This document shows positions 25,550 through 38,405 of a DNA stretch of 64,000 bases, piece after piece; the stretch's first letter is position 1; every line of letters begins with the position of its first letter. A program made the translations under genes and the position numbers. The notes beneath the pieces are model-generated. The model saw only the letters and a list, made by a program, of their open reading frames with translations. It did not search any database and was not told where the DNA came from. The DNA is from Botryllus schlosseri (taxonomy: Eukaryota): positions 22,754,001 to 22,818,000 of the forward strand of contig CM119381.1 of the NCBI GenBank assembly GCA_051294905.1, read 5' to 3'.

Positions 25550-26143
25550 TAGGGTTGTTCAAAAATAAGTTATTTTCTGTATTCCGGGGATTCAGTGATT
25601 ATGTTTTTAGGTTGCCTAAAAAACGTTGCACACCAAATTTAGCTCTATTCCAACCACTAAAAGCCGACGCTGAGCCAATTGAAATTTTCGAATTAATTAT
25701 AAAAAATAAAATTTCAAATTTTACTGTCAACTCCATAAAATTGTAATGTTGCCTGAAATAACGATGCAGAGCACTTTTTGCTCAATTCCAACGGGTAGAA
25801 GCGAAGTTAATAGTAGCTGAAAGTGTTAAACTTGCAAAAATCGCATTGACGGTGGGACAACCCAGAATTATTAATGAAAAACTCAAATTACTTCGCTTCT
25901 ACGGGTTGGAATTGCGTCAAATTTATTTTGCATCGTTTTCGTAGACAACTCAACAATTTCTTGAGGTTTACAGTAATATTTGAATTTTTTCTTATAATAA
26001 ATAAATTTCAATTGTCTCTGCATCGGCTTCTACTAGTAGGAATCGAGCCAAATTTGGTGTGCAGCGGTTTTTTTTGGCAACCTAATAATACAATCAGTGA
26101 ATCCCCGGAATCCGGAAAAACAAGTTATTTTCGAACAACCCTA
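25550..26143. mobile_element. Foldback MITE related to 3259-3917
   Basis: tagggttgttcaaaaataagttatt...aagttattttcgaacaacccta; shares internal ccaaattt/caattccaac blocks. Confidence 0.8.
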
Positions 26144-27847
26144 CTGTGTATGCAGCTGTAGACAGTTCTAAATCCATTTTGTTTCAAAATTTCTACTTCA
26201 TATGCACGAACAACCTACTTGAATACTATACAGAAAAGTGGAAGGAGGACCTTACTGATGACCTCTAGTCTCTTGGGGCCCGATAAAGATATGTTGAGCT
26301 TGATAAGAGGACGATGACTCAAAAAGGTTTGGAACCACTGGATTAGGTGCAGTTGCGTAGAACAGAATATGTGTCGCATTGTAGACATTACGTTCAAACT
26401 GCATAGTCAGTGTACTTAACACCACCGTCTAACTGTTGGCTACCTAGTACTTGGATTTGGAGCACATCATAATGGAGTCAATATGTATTTCTCACTGTCA
26501 TTTGATATTGTAAGTTTCACCCACACCAATGTGGCAGCAAGAATTATAATTTGGAGCGGGCGAGATATTTTAACAACGTGAGAGAAGGAGGGAGAGAAAT
26601 ACCATTCATCATCACAGAAAAAGAAAAAGAAATAACTAAAAATTCAGATACGTAATACCATAGTGTCCTATATGGTGTCGACACAGGCAAATCTCACGCC
26701 TCAGTGAAATTGTATCACGTCACAATTTCCATTTGGCTACAGGCAATTAGACGGTCATTTTTAACCGGCGTGCCGAGCATTAAATTTGGTAAAACATATA
26801 TCAATCAAAAGCTGACTCTGCACTGATTACGAAAATATAAATTTTATTTCGCTCGTGGCCCTGGAACTCCCACAATCAGCCTCGAATTTTTCATTGTTAT
26901 GGAGATTGGCATTGGGACGCAACAATTCTGTCTGGCGAAACGAGAGAGTAGCTCAAGAGAAAAAGAGCAAGACAGCATTGTTCAGCATTGTTTCGTCCCA
27001 ATGCCAATCTCCATAACAATGAAAAATTCGAGGCTGATTATGGGAGTTCCAGGGCCACGAGCGGGATAAAATTTATATTTTCGTAATCAGTGCGGAGTCA
27101 GCTTTCGATTGATACCCGTTTTACCAAATTTTAATGCTCGGCAAGCCGGTTACAAATGACCGTCAAATTGCCTGTAGCCAAATGGAAATTGTGACGTGAT
27201 ACAATTTCACTGAGGCGTGAGATTTGCCTGTGTCGACACCATATAGGACACTATGGTATTACGTATCTGAATTTTTAGTTATTTCTTTTTCTTTTTCTGT
27301 GATGATGAATGGTATTTCTCTCCCTCCTTCTCTCACGTTGTTAAAATATCTCGCCCGCTCCAAATTATAATTCTTGCTGCCACATTGGTGTGGGTGAAAC
27401 TTACAATATCAAATGACAGTGAGAAATACATATTGACTCCATTATGATGTGCTCCAAATCCAAGTACTAGGTAGCCAACAGTTAGACGGTGGTGTTAAGT
27501 ACACTGACTATGCAGTTTGAACGTAATGTCTACAATGCGACACATATTCTGTTCTACGCAACTGCACCTAATCCAGTGGTTCCAAACCTTTTTGAGTCAT
27601 CGTCCTCTTATCAAGCTCAACATATCTTTATCGGGCCCCAAGAGACTAGAGGTCATCAGTAAGGTCCTCCTTCCACTTTTCTGTATAGTATTCAAGTAGG
27701 TTGTTCGTGCATATGAAGTAGAAATTTTGAAACAAAATGGATTTAGAACTGTCTACAGCTGCATACACAGTAGGGTTGTTCGAAAATAACTTGTTTTTCC
27801 GGATTCCGGGGATTCACTGATTGTATTATTAGGTTGCCAAAAAAAAA
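26068..27847. repeat. 1.78-kb palindrome (arms about 26068-26919 and 26994-27847)
   Basis: An identical 60-aa ORF lies on both strands (26215-26397 - and 27517-27699 +). The outer arms read as exact reverse complements where I compared them. Confidence 0.95.
26658..27256. mobile_element. Foldback MITE at the palindrome centre (same family as 31110-32176)
   Basis: TIR ccatagtgtcctatatggtgtcgacacaggcaaatctcacg; a homologous end ccatataggacaccatgg occurs at about 32156-32173. Confidence 0.75.
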
Positions 27848-27931
27848 TTTTTCAGTTGGCCGCAGCTTCGAGCCCCCTTCCGATGCTTTCATGCCCCCCA
27901 AGGGGAGGGAGGGGCAGTTGGAGAAACACTG
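27848..27931 (-). mobile_element. Truncated end of a hAT MITE (family of 47958-48281)
   Basis: Minus strand cagtgtttctccaactg...atgaaagcatcggaagggggctcgaagctgcggccaactgaaaa matches 47958-48040. Confidence 0.7.
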
Positions 27932-28283
27932 CACTAGCTGGTCGATGCGTGGCATATGTTTGCTCAAAGCGCATCGAAAGTCATGCATTGGCGCAACAAG
28001 TCGGTTTCGTTTCTTCGACTTGGTAGTCATCAGAGATGAAAATCCTTGCTCGCACTCCCACGTAGAAGGTAAAATTAGCAGCTGGGGAATAACTTGAGAA
28101 GCTAGAGTCGAGTACGAGGAGGTCATGCTAAGCCTGATGTTTATTGGAGAACAATTTTTGTGTTCAACCCCACCTGAACTAATAACTCTCTTCGATCGAA
28201 AAAAAACAGAATCTGCTCGCGTACCACCTGGAAGACCTTCGCGTACCACTAGTGGTACGCGTACCACAGGTTGGGAACCACTG
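27932..28283 (-). mobile_element. hAT (Buster/Charlie) remnant with a transposase dimerisation-domain fragment
   Basis: LLILPSTWECEQGFSSLMTTKSKKRNRL...DFRCALSKHMPRIDQLV; terminus cagtggttcccaacctgtggtacgcgtacc at 28283. Confidence 0.85.
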
Positions 28284-30572
28284 CTGTGAGCGGTGTGATG
28301 CGCCGCCGATGTGCGTACGTTGGCCATAGGCAAGGTTTCCCGATGCATTCAAACTTGCAGAGGAGTCAACCCGCGTCTGATAGCCGCAAGGTAACGCCGT
28401 GGAATTTGATGAGACATAAAAACCGTGTACGATGATCGTACAAGTATTCGTGACCTTCTAAATATCAATGTCAAGTCGCCCGCGGACTAAATGTGCGTAG
28501 GTAATGTTACATTCTGTACGTTGCTGAGCGTGCAATAACTATATCGCCATAGATTCCACGCTGATTATAACACCGATTCGTGATTATATCTACGATGTGA
28601 ATTTTGGTTTTGTCCGAATCGAAACGGGAGGATTTATTGTTATTCAACATTTGAACATGCGATACTTGAGCAATGAGCATGTGACTTCGTAACCCGAAAA
28701 GTAACACTATAACCCCAACATCAACCGAGCGACTTGAGTCAACCATGTCCCAACCCTAACCCTATGTTTAACCTACATGCCCGAGTGCCGAAGTCTATTA
28801 TGTTGCATGCTAATATGTACATATGATTTTTGTGATTGACTTAATGTCGCATATACATATCTTCTCAGTACTAATTTCCATGTCGATTTATGCGCTCTGG
28901 GTGTTGGTAAAAACAATCAGCTTCTCCTTATCGAAAAGCGGGCCAGAACGGTTCACTATCACGCACAAATAGCGCCCTTTGGCTGCAGCAATGAGTATCG
29001 CATCATTATCAACAAATCCACCATGCTGCAGCAATGTTGGCATCTTTACCATCCAGAACTATCACCGTTTGTGTTTGCCAATCACGGCTTACGATCAGCG
29101 CGCGCTGCAAATAAAACAACGTTCCACGACGACTATTGACGTCATAATGACGCAAGAGACCGGCGCATCGGCCGACTGTTGGCGACAATTAAGTGTCGGC
29201 CTGTCACCAACCCGGTTATTTCGGTCTCGAAGCGTCCGAAATGGAGCTGGCAGTTTCTCACGGATCTATTATTGTAGCGTTCGCTTTTTCATGCAGGAAA
29301 ATGCGGGTCGCTGTCACGCACCAGTTACGTAACGCGCTTCTGAGCAAATAAATATTTTTTGCTCACAGCCAGACTTGTAATAATGTAGTTGTAGCCGTTT
29401 AATAAGACTAATTACAGCGAAATGTCGGTAATATAAATCTAATCCAATTAGTGAAATGTTTCTGTGGTCTAATGTTGATTCTAATCCAATGTCTGAATTT
29501 ACTGAAAATGTTACAAGAGAGCGGTATTGTACGAAACCAGACAACCTTGGTATACAGCCATTTGCCATTCCCATGCTACTGCGCATGAACTTTGATTTGA
29601 TATGACCTGAACTTGATTTCTGTTGTATATTTTTCTTATTCGAATTTAATTTAATTTCCAAGTAATTTTAATTCTAATCTAATTTAATCTAACTCTGATT
29701 TGAGGCAAGACGGATGAATTGTCAATATAGTACCGGTGGGATATGGCATTCATTGCGATGATGTGATGTCTGATAGATATTGCGCTGTAGATGGAGCACG
29801 CATATGGTCGGTTTCGGGTTACGGCCTTCGTTATTGGATTACGTGATCTTTCCGGTACTTAAACGTTGCTGGCATTTGCCGTGTTTTTTGGGACACCTTG
29901 ATACCTCCCGGCTGTTTAACAGTCCGACCCGACGCACAGCCTATTTTTTATGACAAACGCGTAACACAGCCTATTGTAAATATTGATTGGTCCGGGCCTA
30001 CGATAACTTAGGTCTGAATGAAGTCGTTGTACAATGTACATACAGTTAACCGAATTAGAATGGGCTGGATTTTACGAATTCCTCACTGATCTAGGATAAT
30101 TACGATGATGATAATAAATAATAATGTATGCAATTCTGGAACCTCATCTACCGCTATTCTGTAATCTGACTATTTCGTGTATTGCACAGGAATACCAATT
30201 AGACTTGATTACTGAAATTTTAACAGTTCACTTCAATCTCGCCATTTTCCGTATAGGGGCAGGTTGCTCCCCTGATTATGTGTGTATTTATCAGTTTTAC
30301 CGTGAATAAAGAGTATAATGTATGAACCGATTTAGGAATTTGTATTTTGTGTGTCTGGATTTAGAAATTTGAAGTCGACTCAGTACTGATATATTGAAAT
30401 TGCATCAAATCATAGGGTTGGTCACATGGCAACTATTGAAGAGTTAAAAATGACTGTTACCTCAAAATATGGATAATTTCAAGTCGCATTGTGCAATATC
30501 CATTATTTTGGAATGACATTGACACAGACACCACCAAATTCGTTCCAGGCCATAGCGACGTATGGTCTATAT

Positions 30573-32587
30573 CAGAGGTCTCAAACTCAAATGTGCTCGC
30601 GGGCCAATTTCCTATTTTTGATGGCGCCGCGGGCCGCACCACCAATAATAGGGGAATTCAATGTATTTCAAAGTAGGCCTTATTCCCTAGTTTCGAGCAT
30701 AGGTCTACTCCTGATAACTAGGCTATATTGACATGTCACTACGAAAGTTAAATAGAACCAGCGTTTCATTTTACCTTCGAATGTTGGAACAGATCAATAA
30801 CAACTTGAACATAATGGATCTGTGCAATAACAATAGAAATGTGCAATCGCCGAATAATCCGTTGGTGTTACAGCTGTGAAGCGTAGGCTACGACTAGTTA
30901 ATACTCGCCACATTAAATTGGCGACAAAAACATATATAAAGATACCCAAGATGACACGGGATGTGGGCAACTATATCAAAGGGGCAACATAATGCCAATG
31001 CCATACCTATATGCTTAGAAATCTAAATATGCTACGCAACGCAAGCTATACGGCCTTTTGATATTTTACTATTTCTCCTACCAGTTTGATAGTTTGTTCC
31101 TACTGCCCTTATGGTGTGGACACAAGCAAATCTCACGGGCCCAGTGGTGGCTTTTGGGGTGGGTGAGGTGGGCGGTCGCCCGGGGCCCTCCTGGTCGAAG
31201 CCCCCGCCCCCCATATTTGGATGATGCGCTTTTTTCAAGGATAATAACGAATATACAGGGAAATCCGTGCACCAAGCAAGAATATGATTCCGTACAGATG
31301 TGTCAATCATCATCAAATCTCTGCATTTGTTAGAAAAGTCCCGTATCCCGATAATCATCACGTCTCTGCATGCGGTAGAATTACTTAGTTTTGATGTAGT
31401 CTATCCTTGCACACATGGAATAATAGACATGGCCGAATCCAGCACCTGACCGAACCTTACCGTGGTGAAAGATAGATAAGAATAAGAGATGCGAAAGGGG
31501 GTCTGGGGGCGGAGACCCCCAGAAGTTACGGTTATATGCTTATTGCTTATAGGACCCCCCGGTAAGTCTCGCAGTTCGTAGGGCTACCACGCTCAGTGAA
31601 ATTGGTATTTATTGTCACACTTTTCATTTGGTCGAAGGCAATTTGACGGTAATTTTTGACCGGCTTGTCCTGCATTAGCCTAAATTTGATAAAATGGGTA
31701 TCAATGGAATGCTACCACGGTACTGATTGTGAAAATATCAATTTTATTCTGTTCGTGGCCCTGGAACTCGCCAAAATAAGCCTCAAATGTTGCATTGTAA
31801 GTGAGTTTGGTATTGTGACGCAACCATGATCAATCGCCTGCGTAACAATGGCCAATACGCTTGCATCTTGCAGTGCTCCTCGCCTGCTCCCAGATGTCAT
31901 TGCAGCATCACAATACCAAACTCACATACAACGCAACATTCGAGGCTTATTTTGGGGAGTTCCAGGACCACGAACAGAATAAATTGATATTTTCGCAATC
32001 AGTACCGCGGTAGCTTTCGATTGATACCCGTTTTATAAAATCCAGGCTAATGCAGGACAAGCCGGACAAAAATTACCGTCAAATTACCTTCGACCAAATG
32101 GAAAGTGTGACGTACACCAATTTCACTAAGCCGTGAGATTTGCTTGTGTCCACACCATATAGGACACCATGGTTTGTTGCGTCCGTGGTTGACCAAGTCA
32201 CGGCATTCCGAGTAACAAAAGTCCTTCTCTGATTGTAACGTTTGACGTGACGAGTACGAGTACGAGTAATTCTACAGAGGGTCGCGCTCAAGTCCAAATC
32301 ACAATTTTCAGTCACGAATCATCAACGGGTCATGTTTTACCATATTAAACAAGTAATGTCACGTAGTAGTTGATCTTCCACTGAGTGGTAACTGAGTGGA
32401 AACTGATGTATTAGGGAAGTTTGAGTAGTTTCAGGCTTCTGGAATAGTTTTAGAGCGAATTTTAAGTTCTCAAAAATTGGTAGTAAAATATTGTCGAATA
32501 CTTTGATATCCAAAATGCCGTCGCGGGCCGCACAAAATGGTCTCGCGGGCCGCATGCGGCCCGCGGGCCGCGTGTTTGAGACCTCTG
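30573..32587. mobile_element. Non-autonomous hAT (Buster-type) element with a perfect 8-bp TSD and a nested foldback (about 31110-32176)
   Basis: cagaggtctcaaac / gtttgagacctctg; GTCTATAT on both sides (30565-72, 32588-95); gcggcccgcgggccgc subterminal motif. Confidence 0.9.
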
Positions 32588-33091
32588 GTCTATATCATTA
32601 CCTGAATCATCCATCGTTCTTTACCGCTTACCAATCTTATCTTACCTACCCAACTGGGACAGAGATCAAGTATACATTGTAAACTGATGCGTGTACTCTG
32701 GTACGTTACTTGGCATGCATGCAATTTATCAGGTTGGTGCGCGTTACATAACTGTTATTGTTTACCTGCACGCGCAAGGGCCACGATTTAATAATGAGTA
32801 TGCCGTAGCGGAATATGTAAACACAAACAATGTAGTCCCACGCCTGGCGTTGTGGATGTGAATCATGACACCTAAACGCAACTTGCCCGCTGTCGGCGGG
32901 TTGTAGCAAGACTTGTAACACTTCTCGTATGATTTCGTGTAATCTGAACCTAACTGCCGTTATTATTCATATTGCCTGTGTAATCTCCCATACCCCTCGT
33001 TGAGAGCAAGGGCAGCGGTTGATTGCAGATGTTATATACAACTGTGGCAAATATTGAATGTGTCGCAAAGGGTGTCAGACCTATTTTCATA

Positions 33092-33203
33092 TATTTGGTG
33101 ACACGATGCAATGTTCTTATCAATTCTCTACTGGTTGCTGACGATTACCTCTGACGAGTGTCGGCCCACTATATTCTTGTATATTTCAATATGAATATAC
33201 TAT
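33092..33203 (+). repeat. Penelope pseudo-LTR copy, decayed
   Basis: caattctctactggttgctgacgattacctctgacgagtgtcggccc...tttcaatatgaatatactat. Confidence 0.75.
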
Positions 33204-34672
33204 CACATTTCATTTAAGGTACTGACAAAAGACAATGTAATTCGTTTTGTTCGGTAACGGTACTTCTAAAAGCCAAAGTCTCAGTGTCATTATTGGTTAA
33301 CCGCTTATTACCAGAAACGGGCGGATTAAATGCTATTTTAAACCGTTGCCCTGCCCCGGTGTAAGTCACACTTGTACAAATTACTGGGCATTCGAAATGC
33401 GCTACGAGAACTAGTACTAACGAACTTTGACAATCCGCAACTACCTAACTAAAACACAACTAACTATATTCAATTTCGAAGCAACTAGTAAATATGTGGA
33501 CGGGGTTTCGAGTTTGAAATGAGATTTTGAAAACTTTTCGACCGTTAGTACTGTGTTGACTGAAAAAAGGTCATCACTTTGACCCGACCACTGTTCTACC
33601 CGATTTTTTTACGAAACCCTGACGTTCGCTGCGTCGGGGTCGAGATTTTGATAGCGTTTCAATACTTTTTCTAGAAAAAGAGGACAAATTCCTCAAAAAC
33701 AGGACATTTAGGCGTCCTCCGAGGACACTTTCAATTTGTTGAAAAAAGAGGACAAATCCTCTTCAAAGAGGTCGTATGGTAACCCTAGTTCGTAGTGATG
33801 ACTCAGAGCTAGCAATGAATGCGGGAACATCACAAAGCAGAACACCGGCATCACAGTTCACGACAAACCACGACCGGTGTTTCTTCTTTAAACTTTAATG
33901 AAGTTCCGATCCAAATCCTATTCGCTCCACATAGTTCAATGCAGTGCGCACGCTGTAGTCGCAATATTACGTAACACGGCCGTAGAGGTAAAACAACGTG
34001 ACCCAGCGCCAATGTCAGAGCACGGCGCCGCGTAGATTAGCTTGAGGTCGTCCACGTTTCTTATTTTCCCGCGCATTTCGGTTGGTCCGTGTCCGCGCTC
34101 ACTTCCGCGTTAGCCGTTCACCGCAAATTTCTTGCAAACGTGTGCGCGCGGCCGCGCATGCTTCGGCAATTTGACACTAATGTACACTAATCATAGGTAG
34201 CGCGTCACGTCACGATTGTCTGCTGTGGCCTGCGCAGTTGGGAGCGGTAATTTACCGCCGCTTTCGTGAACTGTGTAGTCACGCCTGCCCGGGGGAATCG
34301 ATGTTATGACGTCATTGGCGTCGTGTGAAACAGCGTGCTGCATGGATGCTAAACATGCGACATAATGCAATGCTGAGTAAGTGAAGAAATGCTAGTCAGC
34401 AAATAGAATTTATTGTAATAAATGCAGCTGACCATTACTAAAATTTCTTCGCGCGATTTCTGCTATTATATGTCCATTGCATTGGTCACTAGCCAGACTT
34501 GTACAAACTGCCAATATAGTTGGATGACTGTAAACTTAAAAAAATAAAAAAATAAATAGTTGCCGAACAACGAGAAAACTCGTATCATCGTTCGGCGCTC
34601 ATCGTGATACCGGTGTTCTGTTGTGTGATATTCTTGCAAACATTGCTCCCAGAGAGTCAAGAGAGTCAAGAC

Positions 34673-35898
34673 TAGGGCAAGTTTTTGAAACTTTTTCAAC
34701 TTTTTTGACAGCTTCCGGAAGCTTCCTAAATACTCGGAAGTTATGTAGTATGGTGTTTTGAGCTGTTTGGAGGAATCCTATAGTGCAGTCTGCAGTGGTC
34801 GGGAACCTTTTTTGTCCGAAGAGCCATATTGGCCCTATTTTTCCATCTCAACTCCCAAAGAGCCATGCATGTCAATCAACTGTTACGTCACAATCGAAAA
34901 TTCGTGACGTCGTGGTAGCCCCAATTCGAACTCACTGCATTGGATTCCTCGTGTGCGCCATATTTTCTCTATAAAAACTGGTATTTATTGTTCGAAAATA
35001 AAGTTCGAAACGAGAGGTAAGGCACATACGGGCCACGCCTCACCATTGATAACGCAATTCACCATAAGTAGCTTATTATAACTGATATTTATCGAATATG
35101 ACTGTCACACTGCACTTTGAATTTGACTAATCAACGTATCGCACAATTCGAGATTTCGAGTCGGGTACATAGAATTCGCGAGTGATATTGACCGCCGGCG
35201 TGACAGTTACTTAAATTTGATGAATTTGAAAAGAGGGAGTCCGAGCCCCCAAACCCGAATACGGCATTGTTTTTACCTCTCAAAGACATGTTTATAATGC
35301 CACGAGAACAATTATTTTGGCCGTGATGAAAATTTACCAACAAGTCGCTGCAATTTTGATCAATTCAGTACAATAATAAATATTTGGCAAAGAGCCATAT
35401 CTGATACCCAAAAGAGCCATATATGGCTCGCGAGCCTTAGGTTCCCGACCACTGCTAAGGTGAAACGTTTTGCAACTTTTCTCCATTTTTTTCATGCTGC
35501 TTTTTGCAACTTTTTTCGATTTTTCATGCATCCAACTTTTTACTGTAAATATTGGCAATATATGTAAATAGATCGCTTGATTATTTCACTGTCGTTTAAA
35601 TTTCAGGTCCTTTCTGATTTGACGTTCCTTCAAGGTAGACCGCCGACAATTATATTTTCACGGGGTCAATTTTTCAGGCTATTGATTTTGTTGAAGTCGC
35701 CAACACTGAGTTTTGCTACAGTGCCTTGGATACGGATCGATCCGATCATGCCATGCCCTAATAATTTCAAGGAACTTGCCCATAAATGCATCTTAATATT
35801 GCAACTTTCGTGAAAAATGAATGCAACTTTTTACTGCACCTTTTGTGAAAAATAAGTGCAACTTTCCACGGATTTGGGTGCAACAGAAACTTGCCCTA
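34673..35898. mobile_element. TAGGG-ended element carrying a nested hAT MITE (34793-35454)
   Basis: tagggcaagttt / aaacttgcccta with flanks gtcaagac and gttatgac (6/8); inner cagtggtcgggaacct / aggttcccgaccactg. Confidence 0.7.
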
Positions 35899-37212
35899 GT
35901 TATGACTATATTGACAGTGGCGTAGCCTGGGGTGTTTTGTGGGGGGTCAAAATCCCTCCCATTCCGAGCTTGTATTGATTTTCATATGAAAAACCGATCC
36001 GATTACGATAAAATAAAAATGAATGAATCGCTTCGCTATTGAATCTAGTTAATTGTGTTTTAGTTGTTGGTTGCGGATCTTTAAAGGTTGCTCGTTCTCG
36101 TTCTAGTGTCGAGTTTTGAAAAGTGAGTGGTCACAGTTCTAGCTCTAATTGCGAGTTATCATAAGTGAGTATTTCTAGTTCTAGTTCTAGTTGCGCACTA
36201 AAAAACACTTCAAACTCGAAACCCCGACCCCTAATTAGTCGTGTTTCAGTTAGTTAGTTGCGGATATTTAAAGGCGCATTTTGAAAATCCAGTGGTTTGT
36301 AGAGTTCAATGTTTCGTAGAATTGTAACCTACTGCAACTGGTCGTCTGTTAATCTGTATCTTGTCTATGTCGCATATGTCTGAAACCTGCGTATTTTGAG
36401 ACGTGTGAATGTGGTGCACTGACCGCCGTGAGACCTTCGCGAAACTCAAATTTGGATCGCGATCTAAAAAGCTTCGTAACCACTGACGTATCAGTTAATC
36501 TCTCGATTTTTGGCGTCCAAGCGTGGTTAAGCGAACTTTGGACTAGCACACTTATGCGTCACATTGCCCGTCATCTGAGGGCAACTCTGTCTGCTCGCCG
36601 TGGTATAGATCGACCTGCGTGATACGTAGTGGAGTGGCCGTAATTACTTCACCGGGTGTATTGCGACATTCTTATCGCGAGTCATTCGGGCTTTATCTCG
36701 CTGTTGGGAAGTGTGGAAACCGAGATGCTTTGTATATCTGTCTAAATTCTCGGTGCTGTTAAATCGTCGGTATGATACTCCTTTTCATGCATTGTGATGA
36801 CCAAAAATCATTAATGAAACCTATGCAATGCAGTCAGAGGTGGTTAGTAACGAAATAATTCTACTTTTTGGGAGTACTCAAGTATAGCTTTTGCCTAATT
36901 TCGCTACTCAAGCGGTTGTGTTTTCAAGCCACTTGTACTTGTACTTGGAACAGTTTTTTAAGCAAAACTGGTTGCATTTTATTTACACTCTGATTTTTGT
37001 ATAATATATAACGCTCCCTGCGGATTGGTGTGCATCACAATTTTGGGGAGATTTATCACAAGGTGGCGAAATAGTCCCTGTAGCATGGTAGCAAAATGTA
37101 TATTCGAATATGCTATAGTTATAGTATGTTCAGTCATTTTGCATTGCCTACCTATTGATTTCAAAAGTAACCTCCTCTGACGTAATACTCAAACTTCCAC
37201 CAAATCTATGTT

Positions 37213-37262
37213 CGGGGCCTACGATACTTAAGTACGTACGTACTTAAGTATCGTAGGCCCCG
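37213..37262. repeat. 50-bp spacerless perfect palindrome flanked by a 7-bp direct repeat
   Basis: cggggcctacgatacttaagtacgt|acgtacttaagtatcgtaggccccg; CTATGTT at 37206-12 and 37263-69. Confidence 0.85.
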
Positions 37263-38299
37263 CTATGTTTTAAAACTACTTGATCATTTTTCATACGTTT
37301 CATTATATGTCTATGCTGGGAGTAGTTTTAGCATGTGTTTTTACATCCCTAGTTTTACTTGCACTTGAGTATAAATTTGACACTATTTCTCCTTGAAAAG
37401 TAATGCTGACTTTGACTACTCTTTAACCACATCTCCTTATACCAAGCCAAATATCGAAAACTGAAAACACTGAACAGTGAACATGAACACGTATGACCCA
37501 TCAACGACAAATGCTTGTTGCAATTATCACGCCAGATGCTTTGAAGTGACCGAATTTGGCACGTTAGGCTCCGAACCTTGATCCGGATCCAACTTACATT
37601 CGTGTCGGAGACGCAAATTTAGGAACTAATCCTATTTCGGCGAATTATCTGCCTTGTTACGGTGTTACGTGAGAGCGTACCTACGAATGCCCACTACAGT
37701 TTGTATAGTCGGCGGTTTCCTGATTGCCAATCGCTCAAATCGAGTAATTTCATAAAACCAGCGGCTCCATCAAAAACATCCGTCCCGGGTCACGGCGACA
37801 GTGAGGATTTAAGCTAGTTTCCCGACCGCTTAACCGCGATTTGTTTATTACCAATCGGGCTTACATTGCTCTCACAATTGACACAGTTGACACGAATCAC
37901 TATGACGTCATTATTTGGCATAGCGCACAGCTCACGGTGTTAGCGAGACTCATTTTCAAAAGGCTATCTCGGCAACTTGTCTGTGCTTGCGATGGCTATC
38001 ATTGTCGAAATCTGCGGTATCGAAAAGTCATTAGTTTACGACGTGTTTGTATGCCGTGTTCGGCATTCGGTTCTCTATATCTGAATACGCCGCTGCCTGG
38101 CTTCGTGATGGAAGTATTCCTTGGAATCGATTGCCGTTTCGTGGTTTCTGTGTTTCCGATTGGACGTGAAGGAATCTCTAATCGGGAATGTGTTGTGAAT
38201 TTTTGTGGCTTTTGTCCTGTCTTATGTTTCGTTCTACGTCGAGGCCGACCGCAGGCTACATTAACCACTACCTACTCGAAGCTATTATTGATTTAAAAT

Positions 38300-38405
38300 A
38301 TTGCTCTCAATTCTCTCGTACTTGCTGACGATTACCCCTGGAGAGTGTCAACAGAAAATATTTGGGAAAATTTCAATGTGAATATACTATTCAAGTTCTG
38401 TACTG
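38300..38405 (+). repeat. Penelope pseudo-LTR copy, decayed
   Basis: caattctctcgtacttgctgacgattacccctggagagtgtcaacagaaaatatttggg. Confidence 0.75.

Noticed and set aside
26215-27699. Identical 60-aa ORFs on opposite strands as a duplicated gene
   Set aside because: They are a by-product of the palindrome and overlap a hAT-end fragment.
34582-34610. Possible third hammerhead on the minus strand (gtatca-CGATGA-gcgcc-GAACGA-tgatac)
   Set aside because: Needs at least two core indels; only the 6-bp outer stem is real.
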